Positions 48,087 to 59,431 are shown, counted from the stretch's first letter. The stretch: 64,000 nt of DNA from Escherichia coli (GCF_041248615.1 NZ_CP158426.1), one strand, 5' to 3'. A program made the numbers and translations. The notes: generated by a model not told the origin, from the sequence alone.

Positions 48087-49223
48087 ATGGATCTATTGAT
48101 TGTTTTAACTTACGTGGCGCTGGCGTGGGCGGTCTTTAAAATCTTCCGCATTCCGGTGAATCAGTGGACGCTGGCGACGGCGGCGCTGGGAGGCGTGTTT
48201 CTGGTGAGTGGTTTGATTTTGTTGATGAACTACAACCACCCTTACACTTTTACCGCGCAAAAGGCAGTGATAGCGATCCCCATCACGCCACAGGTGACGG
48301 GAATTGTTACTGAAGTCACTGACAAGAATAATCAGCTTATTCAAAAGGGCGAGGTGCTTTTTAAACTCGACCCGGTTCGTTACCAGGCGCGAGTTGACAG
48401 ACTTCAGGCTGACCTGATGACGGCGACGCATAATATAAAGACGCTGCGCGCGCAGCTCTCTGAAGCGCAGGCCAACACCACCCAGGTTTCAGCGGAGCGC
48501 GACCGTCTGTTTAAAAATTATCAACGTTATCTGAAAGGCAGCCAGGCGGCGGTGAATCCGTTCTCGGAACGTGACATCGACGATGCGCGGCAAAACTTCC
48601 TCGCGCAGGACGCGCTGGTGAAAGGCTCGGTGGCGGAGCAGGCGCAGATCCAGAGCCAGCTCGACAGTATGGTTAACGGCGAGCAATCGCAGATTGTGAG
48701 CTTAAGAGCGCAACTTACTGAAGCAAAATATAACCTTGAGCAGACTGTCATTCGCGCGCCGAGCAATGGCTACGTTACTCAGGTACTGATCCGCCCAGGT
48801 ACATACGCAGCTGCCTTGCCGTTGCGTCCGGTGATGGTTTTCATCCCCGAGCAAAAACGGCAAATTGTCGCCCAATTTCGGCAAAACTCGCTGTTACGTC
48901 TGAAACCCGGCGATGATGCGGAAGTGGTGTTTAACGCGCTACCTGGGCAGGTGTTCCACGGCAAACTGACTAGCATTTTACCTGTCGTGCCAGGCGGTTC
49001 TTATCAGGCGCAGGGGGTATTGCAATCATTAACGGTCGTGCCCGGCACGGACGGTGTGCTGGGAACCATTGAACTGGACCCTAACGATGATATCGATGCC
49101 TTACCCGACGGCATCTACGCCCAGGTGGCGGTTTACTCCGACCATTTCAGCCATGTTTCGGTGATGCGGAAAGTGCTGCTAAGAATGACCAGCTGGATGC
49201 ATTATCTTTATTTGGATCATTGA
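48087..49223 (+). CDS. yibH: HlyD-family membrane fusion-like protein YibH
   Basis: 378 aa; N-terminal TM helix then coiled-coil and barrel region. Confidence 0.9.
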   Translation: MDLLIVLTYVALAWAVFKIFRIPVNQWTLATAALGGVFLVSGLILLMNYNHPYTFTAQKAVIAIPITPQVTGIVTEVTDKNNQLIQKGEVLFKLDPVRYQARVDRLQADLMTATHNIKTLRAQLSEAQANTTQVSAERDRLFKNYQRYLKGSQAAVNPFSERDIDDARQNFLAQDALVKGSVAEQAQIQSQLDSMVNGEQSQIVSLRAQLTEAKYNLEQTVIRAPSNGYVTQVLIRPGTYAAALPLRPVMVFIPEQKRQIVAQFRQNSLLRLKPGDDAEVVFNALPGQVFHGKLTSILPVVPGGSYQAQGVLQSLTVVPGTDGVLGTIELDPNDDIDALPDGIYAQVAVYSDHFSHVSVMRKVLLRMTSWMHYLYLDH

Positions 49224-49680
49224 GGGGGGCGGGGGAGATTATGGAACTTTGCTCCCTGCAAGGACTAATTATTTTTGCATATTATTTCATCGGCTGTGAT
49301 GATTTTTCGTTAATATCCATTATGTTAAGAAGTTCGGGATGAGTGTGAACTCATTGGATTTTTTATCCGTCTTGATCTGCCGAAGGATCAGACTATACAT
49401 TGTCGAGATCGCAATGATGATATGAGTTGTTCCTCTGCCACGGCTCTAATCAAAAAAGAGCAGGAGTGCTTTTCCATCTATTGCGATGATGGCTTTATTA
49501 TCTGAAGGATGACAGTCACATTTAAAAATATTTAATTTATAGATCACAATGTAGGTTCATGTAATATATGTATACAACTATTTTTCTCTTCACTTTTAAT
49601 TATCGTATTCATTATAACACTAAGTTAAAAAAACTCCTGGAGAGTGAGTTATTAATATGTTTTTAAATATAATTAAGTTA

Positions 49681-50202
49681 TTATTCATCGATGCATTTTA
49701 TAGAATCATCAATGGCTACAATAGTACTATTAACTCTCCAATTTATATTTTTATTATCATTGCAAATATTAACTGAATCTATATCAATGATTTTTTTATT
49801 TTTATCTTTTATTTTGTTTACAGTTTCAATGCAATCAGCGACAAGTTGGTGTGGATTTAGATTCTTCAGATATGGTCTTATGATCTTTCCCTTGCTTAAT
49901 AAATAGCATGTATAGGATTCGGAAAGTCCAGCATCTATTTTGTACATCATTATTCTAGATAAGGATGTGAGAAATGCCTTGTTATCATTAGCAGCCATAT
50001 ATGCCAGTCCGAGTTCAGCCTCTGCGGCTTTACATGAAAAATAGCTAAGTGAACACGCTTTTCGTCCCTCTTGGGTACTGGCTGATATTAGTGCCCATAA
50101 TATTGCCTTGTCTGCCAAATCCAACTCTCTCTGAAATTGGTTTACAGTAACTGCATTCGCAGAAATAGAGAAGAAAAGCACAATTGTTAATAACCTTGTC
50201 AT
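49681..50202 (-). CDS. Hypothetical secreted Cys-rich protein (candidate periplasmic immunity protein of the orphan module)
   Basis: 173 aa; signal peptide MTRLLTIVLFFSISANA; seven Cys; AT-rich; starts 4 nt after the stop of the upstream small ORF. Confidence 0.5.
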   Translation of the reverse strand: MTRLLTIVLFFSISANAVTVNQFQRELDLADKAILWALISASTQEGRKACSLSYFSCKAAEAELGLAYMAANDNKAFLTSLSRIMMYKIDAGLSESYTCYLLSKGKIIRPYLKNLNPHQLVADCIETVNKIKDKNKKIIDIDSVNICNDNKNINWRVNSTIVAIDDSIKCIDE

Positions 50203-50206
50203 ATTT

Positions 50207-50482
50207 CTAGTCCGTCACTGTTAATGTGCTATCTGGCTCTGAAAATATTAGCTCATTTAATTTTTGCATGTCATTAGATGAACCAGTTATACAACCCTCG
50301 GAACAGAATCGAGGTCCTAAAGATGGACCAAAAGCGTTTAAACAACTATGTGTTAAAAATCCATCACGATTATACGTTTCTGTATTTGCTGACGGTACTA
50401 AACGTATACCATTAGGTTTTCTATTGGTTGCTCCAGGACTGTTAAGCAAGCCTCGTCCGGTTTGCTTCATTGAGTTCTCCAC
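50207..50482 (-). CDS. Hypothetical small protein (candidate orphan toxin tip)
   Basis: 91 aa; internal Met MKQTGRG (start at 50470) has GGAG SD 7 nt upstream; preceded by a vestigial rhs start ATGAGCGGAAAACCAGCGG...TAA. Confidence 0.4.
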   Translation of the reverse strand: MENSMKQTGRGLLNSPGATNRKPNGIRLVPSANTETYNRDGFLTHSCLNAFGPSLGPRFCSEGCITGSSNDMQKLNELIFSEPDSTLTVTD

Positions 50483-50570
50483 TTTAGACTATTGGACTAT
50501 CTTTCAACATGGCATCGCCTTAGTATACCGCTGGTTTTCCGCTCATTGTTAATTTTCTCTTTCGTTCATT

Positions 50571-50981
50571 TCACTTAATTTTCAGTTTTTTCCAAAAGTC
50601 AATATTCCCTTCTAATAAAATTTTTTCTATGGAATCTTCATTAATTTTATTATTAGAGCATATGACATTATCTTGAACGCCATATGACACCACCCCGTTT
50701 TTATCAATATAATATCTGTCTTTACCATCAATAATATAAATCCTAACATTTTTATCATCAAAATGGTAACACTCATTACTAGACCTGTTCAGTAACATTA
50801 ATAACTTCTCACGATTTATCTGTAATAATTTTTGTGCACCATCTTTTATTGCAAAATTTTCAATTTTACTTTTAGTGACAGGGGAATATGTTTGGATGCG
50901 AAAAGGCATCCTATAATGGAAAACATCAGCTATACAGCAAGATGAAAAAAATACGGAAATAAAATACAGACATACTTTCAT
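50571..50981 (-). CDS. Candidate Rhs immunity protein
   Basis: 136 aa; AGGAG SD 5 nt upstream; 57 bp downstream of the rhs stop; AT-rich; hydrophobic N-terminus MKVCLYFISVFFSSCC. Confidence 0.55.
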   Translation of the reverse strand: MKVCLYFISVFFSSCCIADVFHYRMPFRIQTYSPVTKSKIENFAIKDGAQKLLQINREKLLMLLNRSSNECYHFDDKNVRIYIIDGKDRYYIDKNGVVSYGVQDNVICSNNKINEDSIEKILLEGNIDFWKKLKIK

Positions 50982-51038
50982 ACCATCTCCTAAACTGGTG
51001 ATATATTAAAAACATACCCAAAAGCAATATAAAAATGT

Positions 51039-53124
51039 TTAATATTTCATTCTTGCTGGCAAGCCCAACTCTTTACGAAATGGGTTTTCATATTTATCAA
51101 CATTAGCCATCGAGTCAGTTCCATCGTCTTTCATTCCCTTTGCATGCCCCATTTCATGCGCAAGAACCACACTCAACAGAGTGGGTTTCATGGCACATGC
51201 TTTGTTTTTTCCTTGATATACACATGAGCTATGGTCGTTATCAATATCAATGTAAAAACTATATTCAGTATCATCGTAGCATGTTTGGTTTATGCCTTTT
51301 CTTAATCCTCTAAATATATATTCATGCTCTGATGACTCTAATTCTTCTGTTATTTTATGTCCAAACTTTGTTTCTGCTACAGCTTTATATGCTTCTTTTA
51401 AAGTTTTTTGTGTACTTTCATCTCCCTGAAAAGACACTTTTAACCCTAATGGATCGAAACCAGATACCGGATTCAACGGATACTGATAAAAATTCCATCC
51501 CCCCTTAAGCCCAATCGGATCCTGAGTGATATACCGCCCCTGCAGCGGGTCATAATAGCGGTGGCGGTTGTAATAGAGGCCGGACTCCTCATCATACTGC
51601 TGACCCGGCAGGCGGATGAGCTGCTGCAGCTGGTGCGGGTTCTCTTCATTCAGCAGGTTGCCCCATTCATCGTATTCTGCGCACCATTCTGTTGCCCCTT
51701 CCGTGCTGACAAGCGCCAGCGGCAGGCCGCGATGGTCGCAGTGGTACAGGTGGATTTTTCGCGCCGGCGTGTACACCGGGTCCATCTGGTTTTGTATCTG
51801 CTCCACCGTCAGGCCGCACGATGCCAGCCAGCGGCGGCTTTCCTCACTCACCCGGTCAGCCAGGATTTCACTTTCCAGCCGGTCGAGCATCTGCACCAGC
51901 ACCGGCGGGAACACCACACTGCCACCGTCTTCACCGCCGGACTGCTGAAGCGCATCCGCCAGGCTGCGGCGCTGCGTTTTCGCCAGCTCACCGGTGGCAG
52001 TTTCAACTCTGATGAGTGGCGTGAAGCTCCCCGGCTGATAAACCGTCTGGATGCGGGTTCTGTCGTTCTGTATTGTGGTCAGCCGGTCGCCGTCCCAGCC
52101 GTACCAGGTCACTTCCGGTTTCCGTGACAGCGACATCCAGCCCGTCAGGTCCCGTTCACGCCGCCACACCCGTTTTGCCACCCTGCGGCCCAGCGGGTCG
52201 TAAAGATAGCGACTTTCGACCAGCGGCTCTGCATATTGTGTCCGCGTGTAGTGCACCAGCCGGTGCCGGCTGTCGTAATGGTACCGGTGAGTCCGCTCAT
52301 CATCCGTGCGGATAACCCCTTCCGGGATGAGGTCGGTTTTCTCCGTCAGCCTGCCGTGACGGTCATACCGGTAAAGATAGTGCGCGTCACGGGCGATACG
52401 GTTATCCGGCCACATGCTGAGGGTGCTGTCCGGGTGCAGCTCCGGGTCGGGCAGGCGGTTACCTGCCGGGTCCGTGGCATACGGGATGCGGATATCCAGA
52501 TTCGCTGCGGTGGTGTGGACGCCGGTCAGCCTGCCGGTGTCGCTGTAGCTGTAACTCCGGGTCTGGCGCGGGCTGCTGATGCGGATGAGTTCGCCGTTGT
52601 CGTTCCAGGTGTAATCGCGGTCATACTGCAGGCTGTTCAGGTGCTGGCTCTGTAACTGCCCGGCAGAGGTGTAAGCGGTGGTGAGTTCATAACGGCCGAA
52701 GCTGCGCAGCGTTTCCCGGTGCAGGCGGTCGCGGGTGTACTCCACCAGCGGTGTGTCGCCGAGTTTCATGCCTGACAGCCAGCCGCTGCCGTAGGTCAGC
52801 CATTCCACGGCGGGCAGGCTGTCCGGTATACAGCGGTTCGCCAGTCCCTGCGCGTTGTACGCATGTCTGGTTTCATGCTGCCAGAGCAGTGCTTCCGTCT
52901 GCGGGTGATGCACCGTCTGGCGCTCACCGGTCAGGCGGCCTTTCTCATCATACCCGTAATGCACCGTCACCCGGTGGCCTTCGCTGAGATGGCTGATTTG
53001 TGTCAGCCAGCCGCGTTCGTCGTACCGCCACTGTTCTGCGGTTTCACCATTCACCGTTCGCTGTGTGATGCGGTCTGCTTCGTCATAGTGCCAGTGGGTG
53101 ACCAGCCCCTCATCCTCGCTGCGG
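51039..53124 (-). pseudogene. rhsA: rhs C-terminal fragment: YD-repeat core, DPxGL boundary, HExxH-containing C-terminal toxin domain
   Basis: YD repeats; ...[11 protein letters not shown]...[17 protein letters not shown]...; the ORF-track start [14 protein letters not shown] is encoded by the IS21 end. Confidence 0.85.
53119..53124. repeat. Target-site duplication CTGCGG (IS21-family insertion), copy 1
   Basis: Identical hexamer at 55706-55711 immediately outside the opposite IS end. Confidence 0.6.
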
Positions 53125-53209
53125 TGCGTATTACCGTGAAGGAGATCGGTGAGTAACATCGATGGAGATCGGTTCGTGTCACTTTCACAGAACCGTTTTT
53201 AAATTACCT

Positions 53210-53959
53210 TCACTGATCTCCTTCGGTCAACGGAGATTGTATTTTCCGCATTGATTCTCCTTTAAGTTCGATCTTGATACTGCCATGAACCAGTCGATCT
53301 AGGATGGCATCCGCATGTGTGGAGTCTCCGATCATTTTGTACCAGTTTTCCACCGGCAACTGGCTCACTACGATGATTGAGCCTCGTTGGTACATCAGAT
53401 CCACTATTTCCAGCAGGTCGCTACGCTGTTCTGATGAGAGAGGTTCCAGCCCCCAGTCATCCAGAAGCAGCAGATCGCTATTATTCAGCCTGGTCAAAAG
53501 TTTGCTGTATCTTCCATCAGCATGCCCCTGATAGCACTGTTCCATCAGCGCTTTAAGGCGATAATAGTAGACCTTGTATCCCTGTCGGCAGGCATTATGA
53601 CCAAGTGCACATGCCAGGAACGTTTTACCGCTGCCGGTGGCCCCGGTCAGTAAAATATTTTGTTTCAGGGTTAACCAGTTTCCCTGACTGAGTGAACGGA
53701 TGAGGGCCCTGTCCAGCCCTCTATTGTTACGATAATCCAGCTTTGATAACTCAGCATTAAGTCTGAACCGTGCATGTTTGATCAGACGCTCTGCCTTCCT
53801 GTTTTCACGGCAGGTTAGTTCTTCTGCTGTCAGTAATGACAGGCGTTCTTCGAAGCCCAGCTCCTGGTATGTGCCCGGCTGAGCAAGTTGCTTTTTAAGC
53901 GCATCACGGAAGCCGGTGAGTTTAAGTGCGGTCAGTTGTTCGTAAAGATGATTCATCAT
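53210..53959 (-). CDS. istB: IS21-family helper ATPase IstB
   Basis: 249 aa; Walker A GATGSGKT. Confidence 0.9.
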   Translation of the reverse strand: MMNHLYEQLTALKLTGFRDALKKQLAQPGTYQELGFEERLSLLTAEELTCRENRKAERLIKHARFRLNAELSKLDYRNNRGLDRALIRSLSQGNWLTLKQNILLTGATGSGKTFLACALGHNACRQGYKVYYYRLKALMEQCYQGHADGRYSKLLTRLNNSDLLLLDDWGLEPLSSEQRSDLLEIVDLMYQRGSIIVVSQLPVENWYKMIGDSTHADAILDRLVHGSIKIELKGESMRKIQSPLTEGDQ

Positions 53960-53970
53960 TGGATCCCGTA

Positions 53971-55512
53971 TCAGTGGTAATACTCACTGCCGCGTACGTT
54001 TTCGTGTTCCATCGTGGATAACAGATCTGGTTTTGGATCCTGAACAGGTTGTTTATCCAGACCTTTTTCCAGGATCGATTTAATACCTGACAGACGCCAT
54101 ACCTTTGTTTTCAGAGCTCTTGCACATGCTGCATTAAGTCTGGCTTTACTGTATTTTTTATGAAGGTTCAGGAGTCCAAGGCAGAAGCGATAGCTTTGTT
54201 CCGGATGTGGACGAGAGTTCAGTATATGAAGCACATAACTATGAGTTTCACTGCCTATGTGCCCCGCCCATTCCAGAAGACGCTCTGGCGTCCAGGTGGC
54301 ATGCTGTCGATGAGCTTCAGGCATGTGCTCGTTGCGGGTACTGTAGCCATAAGTACGCTTGCGCGGGTGCACAGCAACCTCCTGCCCCTGATTGAAGAGT
54401 CTTACCAGTTCTCCGGAGATCCATGCTTCCAGTTGCTGGCCTAACAGCGAACATGGAACCGAGTAGTAATGTTTGTCGATTTCCACGTGGTAATCGGCAT
54501 GAACTCTGACTTTCTTCACCAGGGTGTAACTGTAACTGGCTTCAGGAAGAGGCTTCAGTGCGGGTTTATCAAGCTGGATGAAGAGTTCTGCACGTGAATA
54601 ACCCAACTTCTGCATTATTTTGTTATTCAGTCTTTCCAGCAACTCCCGAATGCGCTGATTAAGCGATGCAAGGCTGTAGAAGATCTCATGCCTGATTCGG
54701 GCCATGATCCAGCGTTCAACAACCTGAACGCCAACTTCAGCTTTGGCTTTATCTTTCGGTTTACGTGGCCGCGCAGGCAAAACTGCGACATTATAATGCT
54801 CAAGCATCTGCTGGTAGGTAGGGTTAACGTCAGGATCATACTTACATGCCCTGGATGTGGCGCTTTTCAGATTGTCCGGAACAACAAGTTCAGGAACGCC
54901 ACCCAACCACTGGAAGCAGCGAACATGACTCATCACCCAGTCTTCAAGCTGCTGAGACCAGGTGGCCTCTGCCCATGTGTAACTTGATGCCCCGAGAACA
55001 GCTACGATGACCTGAGCAGTTCTTATTTCTCCGGTCTCAGGGTCGGTAACGCCAACGGTAGGTCCACAGTAATCAACGAAAAGTTTTTCGCCAGCTTTAT
55101 GTACCTGACGCATTGATGGTGAAGTGGTTTTGAGCCATTCACGGTACATCCGGCAGTAATGGTTATAGCTGTAAAAACCGCCTGGATTACGCTCACAGTA
55201 TTCTTCCCAGAGTAGCTGCAGCGTCACGCATTTATTACGCAGTTCCCGGTGTACTGTAGCCCAGTCAGGCAGAGAGTGCTTCTTCATCTTAACCTGGGTC
55301 TGAAGGAACGCATGTTTTAGTTTTGTATCATCCCATCCTGTAGGTAAGGGCCACTGCTTTATGCCAAGTTGAGCCGCCCGATTAGCATATCTGGATACAA
55401 CGGAAGGGGAGATTGCAAGACTACGACCAATTTGTCGATGGCTGAGTCCAACACCGTATTTAAGCCTAAGAATTTCTTTAAGTTTTCTCATAGAAATTGG
55501 AACTGTTGGCAT
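53971..55512 (-). CDS. istA: IS21-family transposase IstA
   Basis: 513 aa; N-terminal HTH and DDE integrase core. Confidence 0.9.
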   Translation of the reverse strand: MPTVPISMRKLKEILRLKYGVGLSHRQIGRSLAISPSVVSRYANRAAQLGIKQWPLPTGWDDTKLKHAFLQTQVKMKKHSLPDWATVHRELRNKCVTLQLLWEEYCERNPGGFYSYNHYCRMYREWLKTTSPSMRQVHKAGEKLFVDYCGPTVGVTDPETGEIRTAQVIVAVLGASSYTWAEATWSQQLEDWVMSHVRCFQWLGGVPELVVPDNLKSATSRACKYDPDVNPTYQQMLEHYNVAVLPARPRKPKDKAKAEVGVQVVERWIMARIRHEIFYSLASLNQRIRELLERLNNKIMQKLGYSRAELFIQLDKPALKPLPEASYSYTLVKKVRVHADYHVEIDKHYYSVPCSLLGQQLEAWISGELVRLFNQGQEVAVHPRKRTYGYSTRNEHMPEAHRQHATWTPERLLEWAGHIGSETHSYVLHILNSRPHPEQSYRFCLGLLNLHKKYSKARLNAACARALKTKVWRLSGIKSILEKGLDKQPVQDPKPDLLSTMEHENVRGSEYYH

Positions 55513-55705
55513 AGGTATCCTTTACCGGAATGGCAAAAGATACAGATCAACACACCTGTGAAGTTCCAATAACATTGATGGAGATCACTGAATAACAAAA
55601 TGAGTCAAAAGTGATCTCCATCGATGTTATTCAGCGATCTGTTCAAATGTTATTACCCGATCTCGATGGAAGTTATTGAGTGATCTCCTTTCATGAAAAT
55701 ACGCA

Positions 55706-55711
55706 CTGCGG
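55706..55711. repeat. Target-site duplication CTGCGG, copy 2
   Basis: See copy 1. Confidence 0.6.
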
Positions 55712-56723
55712 ATAAGTTTACCGGTCAGGTCGTGGTGATAACGCTGTGTGCGGCCGTCAAAGCCGGTTTCCTGTATCAGCCGGTCGAGTACATCGTAACG
55801 GAAGGTGGTGTGGCTGCCGTTTTCACTGGTCAGGCGGATGACCCGTCCGGCAGCATCGTATTCCATACTGCGCGTCAGACCGCCCTGTGTGGTACGGATG
55901 GCCTTTCCCCACGCATCGTACTGTGTCCCGTTTCTGCTGCCGTCCGGGGCAATGACGGCGGTCAGGTCACCGGCGGCGTTGTATTCATACCGCGTTTCAT
56001 GGCCCTGCGTGTCTTTCACCGCAATTAACTGTCCACGGCTGTCGTATGCGCGGTACTGACTCAGCCCTTCCTCGCGGTGCACCGCCGTCACCTGACCAAA
56101 ACGGTCATGGTCATAACGGGTTACATAACCGGAACAGTCAGTGACGGTCAGCAACTGACCGTAACGGCTCCATGTCATGGTTTTCCGGCTGCCGGTGGCA
56201 TCTTCCGTTGCGCAGGGTAAGTCACTGTGTGGATTATCATAACGGTAGCGGGTGATATCGCCGTTGTGTGCGGTTTCCTGAATCAGACGGCCGGATTCAT
56301 CATATTCCCGGCGCAATTCCAGCCCGTCAGGCCCGGTGGCTGACGTTAACTGGCTGTGGTGGTTATAGTAAAATGCCGATGCCCTGCCATCCGGTGTGGT
56401 GATGCGCGTGATGAGTCCCGTCACCACATCCGGGCTGTACTCAGTCGTCCGGCCTGCGGCATCCGTCTGTGCCTTAAGCCTGCCCACCGCGTCAAACTGA
56501 CTCTGCGTGACGCTGCCGTCCGCGTGTTCCTTTTTCACCACCCGCTTCAGCCCGCCTTCGCCCTGCGTGTGCAGCACTTCACGGCGGTCCAGGCTGTCGG
56601 TGATGGTGATGTGGTCTTTCTCATACTGATACGTGTAGCTTAAGCCTGCCGGGTTTAGCTGTTCTGTCACCCGCCCGTCACTGTCGTAACGGTAACGGAT
56701 TTCCGGCCGGCCCGTGTGACGGT
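55706..56723 (-). pseudogene. rhsA: rhs middle fragment (YD-repeat region) between the two IS elements
   Basis: YD-repeat protein segment ...RYDHDRFGQVTAV...YHHDLTGKLIRS; reading frame runs into the IS ends on both sides. Confidence 0.85.
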
Positions 56724-57478
<755 letters not shown>

Positions 57479-57582
57479 ATCAGCATACTTGTCCTTAGCC
57501 TTCTGCAGTGACAGCTGGTAGTACAGCGTGCTTCTGGCCAGCCCTGCAGCCTTTAACAGGTCAGACTGGCAGTGTCCGCACC

Positions 57583-58113
57583 TCAGGCTCCGGATGACTT
57601 TCGTTTTTTCTCCAGCTCCTGGCGCTTTTTTTCCAGGAGATGCTCCTGCATGGCTTTCAGATATGCATTTTCTGCGCGAAGATAACGCAGCTCATTCTTC
57701 ATCTCTTCCGGCGTCATGTTTGCCTCGTTTTCATGGGTATCATCAGAACGGGTCATGCTTTTCTCCTTCCTGCGCCTGATAAAGGCCTCATTACCAGATT
57801 TGCGGTAGCCTTTTATCCAGTTTTTAACCGTGTTGTGGCTGGGAATGTTAAACCGGGCAGCTACCCGGGGTAGAGACTCAGAATGCCCGAGAGCATAAAG
57901 AACCACGCAAAGTTTATCTTCAGGAGAATAGCTACGCTTGTGTCTGCAATCCAGTGCCCGAGGACCGTGAAGAAGAAAAAGATTAATCCAGTGTGAGAGG
58001 CTGGTGTGAGAAAGTTGAAAGAGTTTTGCCGTAGAAATGATGCCTGTATGACCAGCCAGGTAATGATTTACAGCGGCAAGTTTTACTTCAAATGAATGTT
58101 TCATAAACTGCAC
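57583..58113 (-). CDS. IS3-family transposase OrfA (HTH)
   Basis: 176 aa; N-terminus resembles IS150-group OrfA; leucine-zipper-like C-terminus. Confidence 0.85.
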   Translation of the reverse strand: MQFMKHSFEVKLAAVNHYLAGHTGIISTAKLFQLSHTSLSHWINLFLLHGPRALDCRHKRSYSPEDKLCVVLYALGHSESLPRVAARFNIPSHNTVKNWIKGYRKSGNEAFIRRRKEKSMTRSDDTHENEANMTPEEMKNELRYLRAENAYLKAMQEHLLEKKRQELEKKRKSSGA

Positions 58114-58155
58114 CTTCAGATGTCAGATTATGTCCAACATTTGGGGTGCAGTTCA

Positions 58156-59203
58156 GGTGCGCCACCATCCGGCCCCGGTATTTATCATCGTAAGTAAAGC
58201 TGCGCACCTGTGTATTGCTGCGGTCATACACCGCCGCCAGTTCGCCGCGTGGCGTCCAGCCATAGCGCACCAGCGGCGCGGCAGGTAAATTCTCCGGGTA
58301 TTCCGGGTCGTGCGTCAGCCACACGGCAGACAGACGGATGCCGTTGTCCCGGCCATATTCGGTGTAACCCGGCAGGGTATCAGGAAAAACGGACGGTTCC
58401 ATCCCGCCGGAAATGGCCTGCTGCCGGGCTTCTTCTGCCCGCTGCGCCTGCGTGGTCAGTACCAGCCGGAAGTGACGCCCGGCACCATCCGTCACGCCGG
58501 TGATTTCGCCGCTGAATTCGCCGCCAGCCTCACGGTGGAACGTCTGTGTGCGCCCGAAGCGGTCCACCAGCCCGGTCAGTACCCGGTACGGCGGCAGCGG
58601 CGCAGGCAGCACCTCATCCGCCTCCGGCACCCGCTCACACCAGCCGAGTACCCACCACGGCCCCTGCGGACTGTTCGTCGCCAGATAACGATGCGGACTC
58701 AGGCGAAGCTCTTCCGGCAGCGCCTGCCAGAGTGCGGCCAGCCGGTGACCTTCATCCAGTTTCGCCACGCCGCCGCGCACCAGCCAGAGTGACTCGCTGC
58801 GGCTGTAACCGTCCTCACCGGGAAACAGGTGCTCAAAATACAGGCTTCTGCCGCCGTTATCACTGAGTATCAGTGTGTTATCGCGCAGCTGTAAGCGGAT
58901 ATCCGCAGGCATTTTCCAGCCGGGGCCGAGGCTCCCCACCGGCGCGGGCGTTTTTGTCCGGTAACTGCTGTAGGTGCGGGAGAGGATGAACGGCAGCGGG
59001 CCGGGCAGGGCAAGGTCGGTTTCGCCGGGAAGGACCTTCGCGCCGAGCAGCGGATTGACCGGATGGCCGGACGTCACCCCGCCGGGGCACACCGAACAGG
59101 CCACGCCGGTGGGGGCACCGATGCGCACCCCGGCTGAACCCTGGACAATGCTACCGCCATACTGCGTCATGTCGCCCTGACGCGCCGCCGGTTTTCCGCT
59201 CAT
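58156..59203 (-). pseudogene. rhsA: rhs N-terminal fragment (PAAR-like N-terminal domain and first YD repeats)
   Basis: MSGKPAARQGDMTQYGGSIVQGSAGVRIGAPTGVACSVCPGG...; the frame reads into the IS3 end. Confidence 0.85.
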
Positions 59204-59431
59204 CTGCTCATCCTTGTTTTATCGGGTTATTTGTCTGCTGACAGGCGAAACCCTACAGATTTATAAGAAAGCCTTAAGTGAGATATCTGTCAAATAAGAA
59301 CAATTAGGAAAATATTTATATCACCATGATAAATATGTGATTTATTGGGAAGTAACAAACCATCAACATTTTCTGCCCTTTTTCCCATCACCAGGCCATA
59401 CTGATATTTTTCCTCGCACAAAGGACTCGGC

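Larger units (their letters stand above)
53125..55705 (-). mobile_element. IS21-family insertion sequence (istA-istB), 2581 bp, apparently intact
   Basis: Ends TGCGTATT...AATACGCA with ~50-bp imperfect terminal inverted repeats carrying repeated GGAGATC motifs; intact istA and istB; 6-bp flanking direct repeat. Confidence 0.85.

Noticed and set aside
49691-49906. 71-aa plus-strand ORF
   Set aside because: Antisense within the 173-aa secreted-protein gene; AT-rich hydrophobic artifact
51561-52987. Plus-strand ORFs of 63-188 aa within the rhs core
   Set aside because: Antisense frames in GC-rich YD-repeat DNA; Rhs frame is unambiguous
53125-53159. Annotating 51039-53159 as an intact CDS
   Set aside because: The first 12 codons come from the IS21 terminal repeat; it is a 3' fragment of the interrupted rhs gene
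58210-59180. Plus-strand ORFs within the rhs N-terminal fragment
   Set aside because: Antisense to the PAAR/YD-repeat region
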